Shown in pieces: positions 9,368 to 19,300 of a stretch of DNA of 64,000 nt. The first letter of the stretch is position 1. Each line of letters opens with the position of its first letter. Position numbers and translations under genes: made by a program. Source of the DNA: Candidatus Thorarchaeota archaeon (GTDB lineage: Archaea; Asgardarchaeota; Thorarchaeia; Thorarchaeales; Thorarchaeaceae); NCBI GenBank assembly GCA_004524445.1, contig SDNP01000012.1, positions 1 to 64,000 of the forward strand, in the 5' to 3' direction. The notes below the pieces were generated by a model. That model did no database searches, was not told the DNA's origin, and saw only the letters and a program-made list of their open reading frames with translations.

Positions 9368-9421
9368 TGTTCGTCACTGCTCGATTATGTTCATTAGTGT
9401 ACAATAATGGCAAGCTTTATA
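9368..9421 (+). promoter_or_regulatory. trpB2 promoter: four 10-bp-phased TGTACA-like boxes, then a TATA box
   Basis: TGTTCG 9368, TGCTCG 9378, TGTTCA 9388, TGTACA 9398; TTTATA at 9416-9421. Confidence 0.55.
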
Positions 9422-9469
9422 TCAGGGTTCGGTCCTGCATGCCAAAACGATTCTGAGGTAAATTCGAAT

Positions 9470-9520
9470 ATGGACGTGTATCGTGGCCAATGGCACAGGG
9501 GTCCAAGGAGACCCGCCTAA
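9470..9520 (+). CDS. Putative Trp-containing leader peptide (16 aa)
   Basis: MDVYRGQWHRGPRRPA*; GAGGT RBS-like site upstream; lies between the TATA box and trpB2. Confidence 0.45.
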   Translation: MDVYRGQWHRGPRRPA

Positions 9521-9682
9521 TAGTAGACAGACACGATACTAGTCCTATTGCTAATCCTTCGTCTCAGCAGTGCCATCTTCGGGTTCCTGCTTTCGTTTCC
9601 AGAGAGATTTCCTTAGGTAGCACCCCTGAGATCGATTCCTACCTCGATTCTGTTCATTTCTTTAATTTAGGAGATTACAGTA

Positions 9683-10990
9683 ATGACACAAGTGAAGACT
9701 AGAATACTACTTGACCCAGAAGAAACACCGAAACATTTCATCAATATAGTCCCGTATTTGAGGCGCAAGCTAGATCCCCCTTTAAATCCGTTAACAGATG
9801 AACCGATGCCACCGGAAGCTCTAGAGGCTATATTTGCACGTGAATGCGTTAAACAAGAGGCCTCGACCGAGAAGCGAATTCGTATTCCGGAAGAGGTGCG
9901 CGAAGGGCTCATGCATTTCTCCCGTCCAACGCCATTGCAACGAGCAATTCGCCTTGAGAAATATCTCAAAACACCTGCAAGGATTTACTTCAAACGGGAA
10001 GATGTATCACCAACGGGCAGTCATAAATTGAATACAGCTCTAACCCAAGCGTATTATGCACAGCAACAAGGGGTGGAGAGGCTCGCAACTGAAACGGGAG
10101 CAGGACAATGGGGGAGCGCTGTTGCCCTTTCTTGTTCATATCTTGGATTGGAGGCCATGGTCTATATGGTACGCATCAGTTACGATCAGAAAAAATACAG
10201 AGGTGCTCTAATGAGGAGCTATGGCGGAGAAGTCGTCCCAAGTCCATCAACAAGAACTGAATTTGGAAGAAAGATTCTGACTGAAAATCCGGACCATCCA
10301 GGCACCTTAGGTATAGCCATCAGCGAGGCACTAGAGGATACCATGAAAAGCGATCGAACGAAGTATACCTTGGGCTCGGTTCTCAATCATGTCCTGCTCC
10401 ATCAGACAGTAATTGGACAGGAAACTATCGAGCAACTGAATATGGTTGAAGAAACACCGGATGAGGTAATAGGATGTGTTGGTGGGGGTAGTAATTTCGC
10501 AGGGCTATCTTATCCCATGTTGGCAAGCGATGATTTCACCAACACAAAGTTCATTGCCGCCGAACCAAGTGCTTGCCCTACCCTCACCGAAGGGAGATAT
10601 TGTTACGATTTCGGCGATACTGCTGGAATGACACCCAAACTGAAGATGTATTCTCTTGGAGCCTCGTTCACACCACCCAAAATTCATGCAGGGGGACTTC
10701 GTTATCATGGTGTTGCACCAACAATCAGTATGCTGTATGAGGATAAGAAAATCGAAGCCAAAGCCTATGGTCAAATTGATGTCCTGAATGCGGGTATAAC
10801 CTTCGCTAAGACAGAAGGCATCATTCCAGCACCTGAGTCCGCTCATGCAATTAAGACAGCGATTGATAGCGCACTAGATGCCAAGGAAAATGGCAGAGAG
10901 AAGGTCATTGTGTTTGGGCTGTCAGGCCATGGACACTTCGATATGCTAGCATACGAAGCATTGATGCAAGGCGAGTTAGAAAATACCTGA
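9683..10990 (+). CDS. trpB2: Tryptophan synthase beta chain, type 2 (TrpB2)
   Basis: [19 protein letters not shown] (PLP Lys), [35 protein letters not shown]; no trpA nearby. Confidence 0.96.
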   Translation: MTQVKTRILLDPEETPKHFINIVPYLRRKLDPPLNPLTDEPMPPEALEAIFARECVKQEASTEKRIRIPEEVREGLMHFSRPTPLQRAIRLEKYLKTPARIYFKREDVSPTGSHKLNTALTQAYYAQQQGVERLATETGAGQWGSAVALSCSYLGLEAMVYMVRISYDQKKYRGALMRSYGGEVVPSPSTRTEFGRKILTENPDHPGTLGIAISEALEDTMKSDRTKYTLGSVLNHVLLHQTVIGQETIEQLNMVEETPDEVIGCVGGGSNFAGLSYPMLASDDFTNTKFIAAEPSACPTLTEGRYCYDFGDTAGMTPKLKMYSLGASFTPPKIHAGGLRYHGVAPTISMLYEDKKIEAKAYGQIDVLNAGITFAKTEGIIPAPESAHAIKTAIDSALDAKENGREKVIVFGLSGHGHFDMLAYEALMQGELENT

Positions 10991-11015
10991 TAATGGATAC
11001 CTAATAATGAATACT

Positions 11016-11060
11016 AGGTAGAATCCAGCAAAGTAGCTGCAGATTCTACCTGATTTTTTT
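11016..11060 (+). terminator. Hairpin plus T-tract after trpB2
   Basis: AGGTAGAATC-CAGC...GCTG-CA-GATTCTACCT followed by T7. Confidence 0.65.
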
Positions 11061-11143
11061 GTTGTTGTTGTCTAGCAAGGAAATGAACATGGAATGAAAT
11101 AACGTACTCCAAATAGATTCAAGAACTGTACACCAAACGAGTT

Positions 11144-12733
11144 CTACTGAATTCCAATAGGCGCATACCCCTTTCGCAATATGGTATCAACAGCCTGGTG
11201 CCATTCTCGCCGATAGTCTTTATTGTAATGGGCGCCTCGACATTCCTTTCGCATTCTAGCCATTTTGATAATCAATTCAGCCACAATTGCTATGTTTCTT
11301 AATTCTATCAGATCAGGAGTTATGATAAAATCCCAGTAGAATCTGTTGATTTCTTTGGTTATCAATCCGATTCTGTTTCTTGCCCGTATGAGCCTCTTTT
11401 GAGACCTGACAATGCCCACATAGTTGACCATTATTCGTCGGATTTCGTCCCAAAGATGCGAAATCACAACTAACTCGTCCGGATCGGTTGCATGTCCGGG
11501 GTCCCACTGAGGGATTTGTGCCCCTGGAATAGATTTCGAATTTTGCTTTATTGCAGACAGGGATGCGTTATGAGCCAGCACTGCCGCCTCCAGTAGCGAG
11601 TTTGATGCCAACCGGTTTGCACCATGAAAACCAGTGCAGGCAACCTCGCCTATGGCATATAGTCCTTCAATATCTGTTTGTCCGTTAATACTGGTTTTGA
11701 CGCCACCCATGATATAATGGGTCGCAGGCACCACAGGAATTGGTTCCTTTGTAATGTCTATTCCAGCCTGAAGGCATGTTTCATGGATATTCGGAAATCG
11801 ATTTCGGACAAATTCCGCCGTCTTGAATGAAATGTCAAGCCAGACGTGATCAGCACCAGTTTTCTTAAGCTCATTATCAATTGCTCGTGCCACAATATCA
11901 CGGGGTGCAAGCTCTGCATCGGGATGGTAGTTGGGCATAAAGCGGGTACCATCCGACCCTAAAAGCAAAGCACCTTCACCTCGCAAAGCTTCAGATATCA
12001 AAAACGAACGAATCGTAGAATGATGAAGGAGAGTGGGGTGAAACTGTACTAGCTCCATATTCATTATTGAAGCGCCTGCTCGATACGCCATAGCGATTCC
12101 ATCACCGGTAGCTACATCCGAATTGCTGGTATACAGAAAGACGCGTCCAGCACCCCCTGTCGCCAATACTGTCACGGGGGCCTGATAGCGTTCAACTTCC
12201 TTGGTATTATTGTCCAGGACATAGGCTCCGTAGACACGGTTATTCTTTACGTAGAGATTTACAGCCATATGATTCTCAGAAATGTTGATTGTTTCGCAAT
12301 CCTCAGCAGCATTTGCTAACGCGTTCTCTATGTCCTTGCCCGTATGATCTTTCACATGGAGAACCCTTCTATTGGAATGTCCGCCCTCAAGGCCCAATTC
12401 ATACTCTCCGTTGCTGTTCTTTGAAAACTCAACACCGTATTTCTCAAGGTCCCCTATTCGATCCGGGCCAGCGCGTACCATAGATTCAACAACCTCAGGG
12501 TGACAAAGCCCGCCGCCCACTCTAATTGTATCAGCAATATGTGATTCGAATGTATCTTCGGGGGAAACAACTGCTGCAATGCCACCTTGTGCCCGCCATG
12601 TGGATGAATCTCTCAATCGCCGCTTAGTAATCAGGTCGACCGTACCACGTTTTGCTACCTTCAAGGAAAACAGCAATCCAGCAAGCCCACTCCCAATTAC
12701 AAGAAAGTCAGATTCGTATACTTTTTCTGACAT
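11144..12733 (-). CDS. nadB: L-aspartate oxidase
   Basis: IGSGLAG, AQGGIA, EGGHS.RRVLH, QFHPT, SEALRGEG, ELAPRD, HGANRLASNSLLE; start moved to ATG12733. Confidence 0.95.
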   Translation of the reverse strand: MSEKVYESDFLVIGSGLAGLLFSLKVAKRGTVDLITKRRLRDSSTWRAQGGIAAVVSPEDTFESHIADTIRVGGGLCHPEVVESMVRAGPDRIGDLEKYGVEFSKNSNGEYELGLEGGHSNRRVLHVKDHTGKDIENALANAAEDCETINISENHMAVNLYVKNNRVYGAYVLDNNTKEVERYQAPVTVLATGGAGRVFLYTSNSDVATGDGIAMAYRAGASIMNMELVQFHPTLLHHSTIRSFLISEALRGEGALLLGSDGTRFMPNYHPDAELAPRDIVARAIDNELKKTGADHVWLDISFKTAEFVRNRFPNIHETCLQAGIDITKEPIPVVPATHYIMGGVKTSINGQTDIEGLYAIGEVACTGFHGANRLASNSLLEAAVLAHNASLSAIKQNSKSIPGAQIPQWDPGHATDPDELVVISHLWDEIRRIMVNYVGIVRSQKRLIRARNRIGLITKEINRFYWDFIITPDLIELRNIAIVAELIIKMARMRKECRGAHYNKDYRREWHQAVDTILRKGYAPIGIQ

Positions 12734-12949
12734 GTATGATGACCCGCAATTTTTGTAGTCGTCAGAAGAGAACAATCTCTGTACGCTAAGGCTCGTGGGA
12801 GTTGACATTACATATACACGTTATGGAAGAAACGATTACTCCATTGGATATTTGTTCTATTATCCTGCATATTCAGGAAACATTAATAACTCACGCTAAA
12901 TGGAGCGCATGTAAGAAGCCTTCCTCGCATAATATAATAGGCGATAATC

Positions 12950-13843
12950 ATGAATATTGAAGGAATTGTAATCTTCGACGCAAGTAGTGGTATTCCTTTA
13001 TATTCCAAATTAAGAGATGATATTGATTCGTCCTTATTCTCGAGCTTCGTTGCAGCCATTGGTCACTTCTCAAAAGAACTGAAGTTTGGAGGATTGTCTT
13101 CTTTCACCACGGAAGAGAAAATGATCTTCTTAGCGGCTAGGGACCAGACAATCACTGCACTGATCACTCCTAAACGGAAAGAGTTTGACCGTGCGTATTC
13201 ATTGGCTAATGAACTAGGAAGAAAATTTGAAGACATGCGATTGGGCGAAGAGTCACTTCAACCCGACGTCTACAGTGAGTTCTCTCAAGTCGCAGAATCG
13301 TTTCTCAAAAGAATTCGTAATCCATTTGTTTCAAGAGTTGCTGAGTTTGTGCATAATGAGTATGGCGGAGAGGTATCAATCAAGCCGCGCCTTCTCAAGA
13401 AGTCGGGAACAGAAGGGATAATGGATATGACAATTAATCTGGGCATTAGATATGACCCAGAAGAGAATAATGGGAATGGACGAAGTGTCACAGATGCAAT
13501 GTCTGACAACTACATTTTCTGCAAACTGTCAGACGGCCGAATTAGCCGAGGCGAAATGATGGAATTTGTGGACTCTGTTGATGGCTTCGGAATTAGAGTC
13601 ATGAATAGGGGAAAGCTCGAATTCAAACCATATTATCCCAGACGAGCTGTGGTCGTTGCAAGAGACTATACCCCGCAAGTCTTTGAGTATTTGGAAAAGC
13701 TGCCAATAAAGAATGGTGGAACGTATATCGATGGGTCTCATGTTTTTGCTGGGTTGAAATTGCGTGGCAGTGGTCATAATTCAGAGTGTTTTGTAGACGT
13801 TTGGAAATGGCATGATGAGGGTGAACCAGAGAGACTTTTGTAA
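12950..13843 (+). CDS. Longin-like domain fused to a restriction-endonuclease-like (Mrr-type) domain
   Basis: N-term IVIFDASSGIPLYS...LFSSFVAAIGHFSKEL; C-term SG...MD...IFCK...EMMEFVD...AVVVARDYT. Confidence 0.55.
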   Translation: MNIEGIVIFDASSGIPLYSKLRDDIDSSLFSSFVAAIGHFSKELKFGGLSSFTTEEKMIFLAARDQTITALITPKRKEFDRAYSLANELGRKFEDMRLGEESLQPDVYSEFSQVAESFLKRIRNPFVSRVAEFVHNEYGGEVSIKPRLLKKSGTEGIMDMTINLGIRYDPEENNGNGRSVTDAMSDNYIFCKLSDGRISRGEMMEFVDSVDGFGIRVMNRGKLEFKPYYPRRAVVVARDYTPQVFEYLEKLPIKNGGTYIDGSHVFAGLKLRGSGHNSECFVDVWKWHDEGEPERLL

Positions 13844-13859
13844 GCGTTTTTCACGGATT

Positions 13860-15494
13860 TTAGGATTCTGACATGTAATCGTACATGAAGTCCCTCGGCG
13901 GAACGAAGTTTTCTTTGATTGTCCGTGGTGAAACCCAACGCATAAGGTTCAATCTACTACCAGCCTTGTCGTTTGTACCAGATGCACGTGCCCCACCAAA
14001 TGGCTGTCTGCCTACGACAGCACCAGTGGGTTTATCATTGATATAGAAATTGCCAGCAGAATATCTCAGGATTTTGCTAGCTTTCACGATTGCATCTCTA
14101 TCGGATGCGAATACCGAACCTGTTAGCCCATATGGTGAGGTCTCATCACACAAATGCAGAGCTGCTTCATAATCATTCTCATCATAGACATATATAGTGA
14201 GCACAGGACCGAATATCTCCTCTTCCATCAGTTTCAGTTTGGGGTCACTTGTCACAACTATTGTTGGTTCAATGAAGTATCCCTTTGCAGCATCAGATTT
14301 TCCACCAGCGATGATTTCTGCCGTTTTGGACCTCTTGGCGAAGTCAATGTAGTTGGTTATGCGATTGAAGGAGGCCTTGTCAATTACTGCATTCATGAGA
14401 TTTGTAAAGTCTTCAACATCACCCATTTTTACCCGTTGTACGTCAGCAAGCAATTGTTCTCTAGTTTGCGCCCAAATAGAACTAGGAATATATGCACGCG
14501 ATGACGCGGAGCATTTCTGTCCCTGGAATTCAAATGACCCCCGCACTAGGGCAGTAACAAGCTCATCTATGTTCGCGCTCTCATGTGCAAAAATGAAGTC
14601 CTTCCCTCCGGTTTCACCGACAATGCGAGGGTAGTTCCTGTATTTCTCTATATTCGATGCGACCTGCTTCCACATTGCCCGAAAGGTCTCCGTGCTACCA
14701 GTGAAGTGGATTCCAGCCAGCTTTGGATGATCAATAACAGGGTCTCCCACTCTCGCCCCAGGACCAGGGAGAAAGTTAATCACGCCGGGTGGAATGCCGG
14801 CCTTGACGAATACCTGCATGACATGATATGCGGCGTAAACAGCTGACGAGGCAGGTTTCCAAATAACCACGTTTCCCATCATAGCTGGAGCCGATGGTAA
14901 ATTACCCATAATGGACACAAAATTGAATGGAGTGACTGCAAACACAAAACCTTCCAAAGGCCGATATTCAATTCGATCCCATTCACCTTTGGCAGAATTA
15001 ACCTGCATCCGGTAAATCTCTTGCATATAGTAGGAATTGAACCTGAGAAAATCGACAAGTTCTGCAGCGGCATCTATCTCAGCTTGATAAGTATTTTTGC
15101 TCATATCCAGCATAGCGGCTGCGTTCAAAGTCTGTCGATATGGCCCAGCAATTAGCTCTGCTGCCTTGAGAAATATCGGAGCCCGATCATACCAAGGCAT
15201 TGACGACCACGACTTTCTAGCCTCGAGTGCTGCTTGGATGGCGTTAATTGCCTCCTCAGTACCTGCATTATGATAGTCAGCAAGAACGACCTCATGATTA
15301 TGAGGTATGACCGATTTTCGAGTGTTTTCGGTCCGTACCTCATTTCCCCCAATGATTAGAGGTATATCCAATTTTGACTGCTTCATTTCATGCAGTTTCT
15401 GTTTCAACTCTTTCCGCTCAGGACTATTAGGCATGTACTTCAGAAGTGGCTCGTTATCTGGCTTGGGAATGTGGAATTTTGTGCCTGTTGCCAT
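13860..15494 (-). CDS. pruA: 1-pyrroline-5-carboxylate (glutamate semialdehyde) dehydrogenase
   Basis: QAEIDA..EL.DF.RFN, YRPLEGFV, ETGGKD, FQGQKCSA, EEIFGP, FGGARASGTNDK; start moved to ATG15494. Confidence 0.94.
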   Translation of the reverse strand: MATGTKFHIPKPDNEPLLKYMPNSPERKELKQKLHEMKQSKLDIPLIIGGNEVRTENTRKSVIPHNHEVVLADYHNAGTEEAINAIQAALEARKSWSSMPWYDRAPIFLKAAELIAGPYRQTLNAAAMLDMSKNTYQAEIDAAAELVDFLRFNSYYMQEIYRMQVNSAKGEWDRIEYRPLEGFVFAVTPFNFVSIMGNLPSAPAMMGNVVIWKPASSAVYAAYHVMQVFVKAGIPPGVINFLPGPGARVGDPVIDHPKLAGIHFTGSTETFRAMWKQVASNIEKYRNYPRIVGETGGKDFIFAHESANIDELVTALVRGSFEFQGQKCSASSRAYIPSSIWAQTREQLLADVQRVKMGDVEDFTNLMNAVIDKASFNRITNYIDFAKRSKTAEIIAGGKSDAAKGYFIEPTIVVTSDPKLKLMEEEIFGPVLTIYVYDENDYEAALHLCDETSPYGLTGSVFASDRDAIVKASKILRYSAGNFYINDKPTGAVVGRQPFGGARASGTNDKAGSRLNLMRWVSPRTIKENFVPPRDFMYDYMSES

Positions 15495-15564
15495 TGCAAC
15501 ACCTCGATGTGTTAACAATAGTAAATACGCCCAGTGTGATTTAAGTCTTGAGATAGTTGTTCCG

Positions 15565-17892
15565 CTAAGTTCTGTGATATGCAAGAACAACTGATTCGCT
15601 GAAAGGAACCATTATGATCAAATGGTTCTCCTCCTGCCGCTCAATGACTGCTCCACCATATGCCTTGACCATGTTTAGCGGGAAGTGTGATGGGATACTG
15701 AATTCAATCTCTTCAGGAAGCTGTTCCAAAGTAAGTTCAATCTGATGCTGATTGGCTGATGGAGCGAATTCAATTCCAATTGGTCCAAAGATACTTGGAA
15801 TCCCTTTCACCATAAGAGGAACCTCGGTTGTGAACCACTCCTCCGGAATGCCTTGTGCAACAACCAGATTGCTCCCACGTTCTACCATTAGCATATCTCT
15901 GACTAGAATTATCATGTCTCGAGCGGCCTTTATGCTACAACCATTACCTAGCCCACCCCTTCTTGTTTCCAAATTTATTGTTTCGGGAAGAAAGCCATAG
16001 GAACTTCTGTGCTTAAGAACCCAATTGAAAATATGTTCTGCAAGGTCTCTTCTCCCGCGTAATGCGAAGAAATGGGCAAGATGTAGTGACAAATAGGAGG
16101 TGACTTGTTTCAAGTCTGAAGATGAACGGAATAGACCGCGAAAGATATGCTCTTTCTCCAAATATATTCCTAGGCTCATTAGATTCTGTATATCAAGACT
16201 ATCATCCCTGAGTAATGCAACGAGCCCAAGCAAATCCAAAGCCTGCCGGACTTTCTTAGCTGAATCGAGGATTCGGGGCCAATCCCCAGCAAGTAGATCC
16301 TTTTCAGCATCTTGCAACAGTCTTCTACTTGACTCTTGAACCACGAGTAGTCGTTCTTCATCCAGGTCACTCTTTTCGGTGGCCGTATTGATTGCTATTC
16401 TAGTAAACGTTGATATTAATAAAAGAAAAATCAAATCTGAGAACCCGAATTTTCGTTTCAATGGATTGTAGGCACTAAATTGACCGGAAGGTGGAATACT
16501 CGTGATTTCCAAAGAGATGATGTTGACGTCAGTTCTATGAGATTCAGGTACTGATTTGTCAGAGTAACCATACTCTGCATCGAATACCTGAAAAACCTTA
16601 GAAGTGTGAAACCTAAGCAACTCCTCCAGGATGTGCTTATTCTCTGAACTGAATTGCAAATCAATCTTGGCTACTTCGGAAAATACCCAGATGATAGCAA
16701 GAATGGACTCGACATCTTCAATCTCAAGTGTTCTTTTCATCAGCTGTTCCCGTTCTAATACATTCGAACACCCGCATCTCGAAGCGGCTATGATTGTTCT
16801 AGCAAGATCAAGCGAATTGGAAAGGGTAGGATACTCCAAGCTTCTTGATATCGCTGATTTTGCCTGGATTGCCAAGCTCGCCTTTGCCTGCGCAAGAGTC
16901 TGAGTTATAGATTCTGTTGGATATATTCCTGCAAGCCTCTTCCCCGAGAATTCAAACCATTCCAGAACCGCTCTATCTCTAGCTTCTACGCTAAGACGCG
17001 GCTTAACGAAATTCGACCCACTTTCAATAGCGGATAATGGAGTGGCGAAAAACAGAGACCTTCGTTCTGCAGGCTGCAATTCTATTTCAAATTTCATAAT
17101 AGCCGTAGCAAGCCCTCTCTTTGTGCTAAATGTAGAATCTTTTCGGTCTGTATCCTTCATCACATCGTCTATGAGATTGGGGTTGTCTGCAGTGGTCATT
17201 ATCAATCCATTGGGAGAAGTATCCGATATCAGAGCCAATAAATCGTCGGCATAGAGGTGGTTCTCATCTTCATCAAAGTCAATTCTCTCTATTGGTAGAA
17301 CACCCAGCTGATTGAACGGACGCACTGCGACAAAAAAAGTAAAACTGGCGGGTTCGAGGGATATATTCTTGAGAAGCATCTCATTAAGGATAAATTCTTG
17401 ATTCTCATTCTCTGTGTAGTAGACCAATCTCTGCAGAATAACAGCTCCATGAGACCGATTCATCTGGTAGATTTGGTCCTCGGGCGATAGAATCATGATG
17501 TGTTCCTCTGCTACATGTTCGCTGGGAATATATAGCCCATCATCGTCAAGGAACCAGAAGTCGATTGAGCCAATAGCATGCGGAGTTGAAATCATACCAG
17601 CAGAGTCCATCTTTGCATAGTTGACTGAGCCAACCCCACCCACTACAATCCATGAGTTATTTTCATTATTGTATAAGAGGGGCGTACTGCTGCCTATCTC
17701 ATCTCTTTCCGAAAGTATCATCCATCGTGGGAGCATCCACTTCTCAGCCCGATTATGAAACTTGGCTGTGAGGGCAGCACGGATTACCTGCAATTCTTCC
17801 ATCTCATTGCCGAAGTTGCCATCTATTGTCACACGATTGAATCTGGCATTGCGCCTGAATCGTTCAATAAGTGATTGAGTTCTGTTGTCCAG
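15565..17892 (-). CDS. Hypothetical protein, possibly a degenerate six-hairpin glycosidase-like protein
   Basis: Long ORF; beta-rich N-half, helical middle, C-term LVVAQGIPEEWF...IPSIFGPIG tail; GGAGGT RBS 7 nt before CTG17892. Confidence 0.5.
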   Translation of the reverse strand: MDNRTQSLIERFRRNARFNRVTIDGNFGNEMEELQVIRAALTAKFHNRAEKWMLPRWMILSERDEIGSSTPLLYNNENNSWIVVGGVGSVNYAKMDSAGMISTPHAIGSIDFWFLDDDGLYIPSEHVAEEHIMILSPEDQIYQMNRSHGAVILQRLVYYTENENQEFILNEMLLKNISLEPASFTFFVAVRPFNQLGVLPIERIDFDEDENHLYADDLLALISDTSPNGLIMTTADNPNLIDDVMKDTDRKDSTFSTKRGLATAIMKFEIELQPAERRSLFFATPLSAIESGSNFVKPRLSVEARDRAVLEWFEFSGKRLAGIYPTESITQTLAQAKASLAIQAKSAISRSLEYPTLSNSLDLARTIIAASRCGCSNVLEREQLMKRTLEIEDVESILAIIWVFSEVAKIDLQFSSENKHILEELLRFHTSKVFQVFDAEYGYSDKSVPESHRTDVNIISLEITSIPPSGQFSAYNPLKRKFGFSDLIFLLLISTFTRIAINTATEKSDLDEERLLVVQESSRRLLQDAEKDLLAGDWPRILDSAKKVRQALDLLGLVALLRDDSLDIQNLMSLGIYLEKEHIFRGLFRSSSDLKQVTSYLSLHLAHFFALRGRRDLAEHIFNWVLKHRSSYGFLPETINLETRRGGLGNGCSIKAARDMIILVRDMLMVERGSNLVVAQGIPEEWFTTEVPLMVKGIPSIFGPIGIEFAPSANQHQIELTLEQLPEEIEFSIPSHFPLNMVKAYGGAVIERQEENHLIIMVPFSESVVLAYHRT

Positions 17893-18105
17893 ATTCAGTA
17901 CCTCCGTGACAATGGTAGTGTGATAATTCAGATTGAAATATAATAAGTAGTATTTATGTCTCATTCGGGTGAACAGAGAACACCGGTAAGATTTAAGCTA
18001 CTGCCAAAGATTAATAGGATTTGAACAAGGCATTTTCAATAAGCAGACCCACAGTGTCAATGAAAGGAAAGAGAGATACACGGAATGAGCTAGGAGAAGA
18101 CAGAT

Positions 18106-19293
18106 TTGGCTGAAATTGTCACAAGACCATCAAGACGGATCACCAACATGATTGCCAAGGAGCTGCGTCTTATTGTGAAGGATAAGGTGGCGCTATTTCT
18201 CATTTTTCTCCTACCTGCCGCGCTCATCGGCATGTTATATTGGACAACAAATCAGAGTTCTTTTGGAGGGTTTGGAGGTGGTGGTGGCGGTAGAGATGCA
18301 GGTGATGCCACTAATACCACAGACACTAGTGGGTTTGAAAGTGACTTGGTACTAGGTCTCATTGATAGAGATACTACAACTTCATATCCCGGTCAAGACC
18401 TGTCTGAAAATTTCACTGGTTACCTTCGAGAATTCACGAGAGAACTGATTATCTACAATGATACTAACAAAGCCTATCGGGACCTGTATGAGGAAAAAAT
18501 CGCAGGGTATATTGTCATTCCGGACGGTTTTGAAGAGAATTTGACTGAGAATAATCCGACCTATGTAGAGGTCCATGTTGATGCAACTGATTTCCTCGCT
18601 GAGTCTCGAATACAAGGTGTTGTACAAGGGGCTACCATAGTATTTCGCGCTTCAAAGATGTGGATTAAGTCGGAGGTCTTTCCATCCGTCAAAATTGAAT
18701 TCACTCCAGAGGGGAATTACATGAATATTTCATTCGGAGGATTCATTGTGATTTTCTCAAGCTATCTTGGAATCGCCATGACATCTGCACAGTCTATCGT
18801 TGGCGATGTGCCACTGAGGAGAATGTTGCTTACTCCGACTAATCGGCTCGAAGTAATAGTTGCTAAAGTGATGGGCTATCTTATTATCGGTTTCTTCCAA
18901 TCCCTTCTTCTGATTACTCTCTGGATTCTAGCCTTTAATCTCTCTCTTAATACGGGATTTGGATCGCTTGTCGCGATTATGAGCTTGACCTCCTTGACTG
19001 GGTCCACCACTGGATTACTGATTTCTGCAATTGCGGACACGAGACTTCAAGCAAATCAGATGTTCTTGTTTGTCTTGTTTGGATCTGTGATTCTATCTGG
19101 ATTCTTCATTGATGTGGGTTTCCTTGACGAGGTTCTCCCCCTCAATCAAGGCTTACGACTGCTTATTGACACAGCTTTCAAGGGACTGAACCTACTTGAT
19201 GTGTTTGACAAGGTATTGAAGCTGCTTGGGTTCTCGATTGCTGCGATACTAGTGGCGACTTTTGTATACGCCAAAAAGCCAACTCTAGGTTAG
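18106..19293 (+). CDS. ABC-2 type exporter permease with extracellular loop
   Basis: KELRLIVKDK + TM1, extracellular IVIPDGFE, LRRMLLTP...AKV, five further TMs. Confidence 0.9.
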   Translation: MAEIVTRPSRRITNMIAKELRLIVKDKVALFLIFLLPAALIGMLYWTTNQSSFGGFGGGGGGRDAGDATNTTDTSGFESDLVLGLIDRDTTTSYPGQDLSENFTGYLREFTRELIIYNDTNKAYRDLYEEKIAGYIVIPDGFEENLTENNPTYVEVHVDATDFLAESRIQGVVQGATIVFRASKMWIKSEVFPSVKIEFTPEGNYMNISFGGFIVIFSSYLGIAMTSAQSIVGDVPLRRMLLTPTNRLEVIVAKVMGYLIIGFFQSLLLITLWILAFNLSLNTGFGSLVAIMSLTSLTGSTTGLLISAIADTRLQANQMFLFVLFGSVILSGFFIDVGFLDEVLPLNQGLRLLIDTAFKGLNLLDVFDKVLKLLGFSIAAILVATFVYAKKPTLG

Positions 19294-19300
19294 TGATGAT

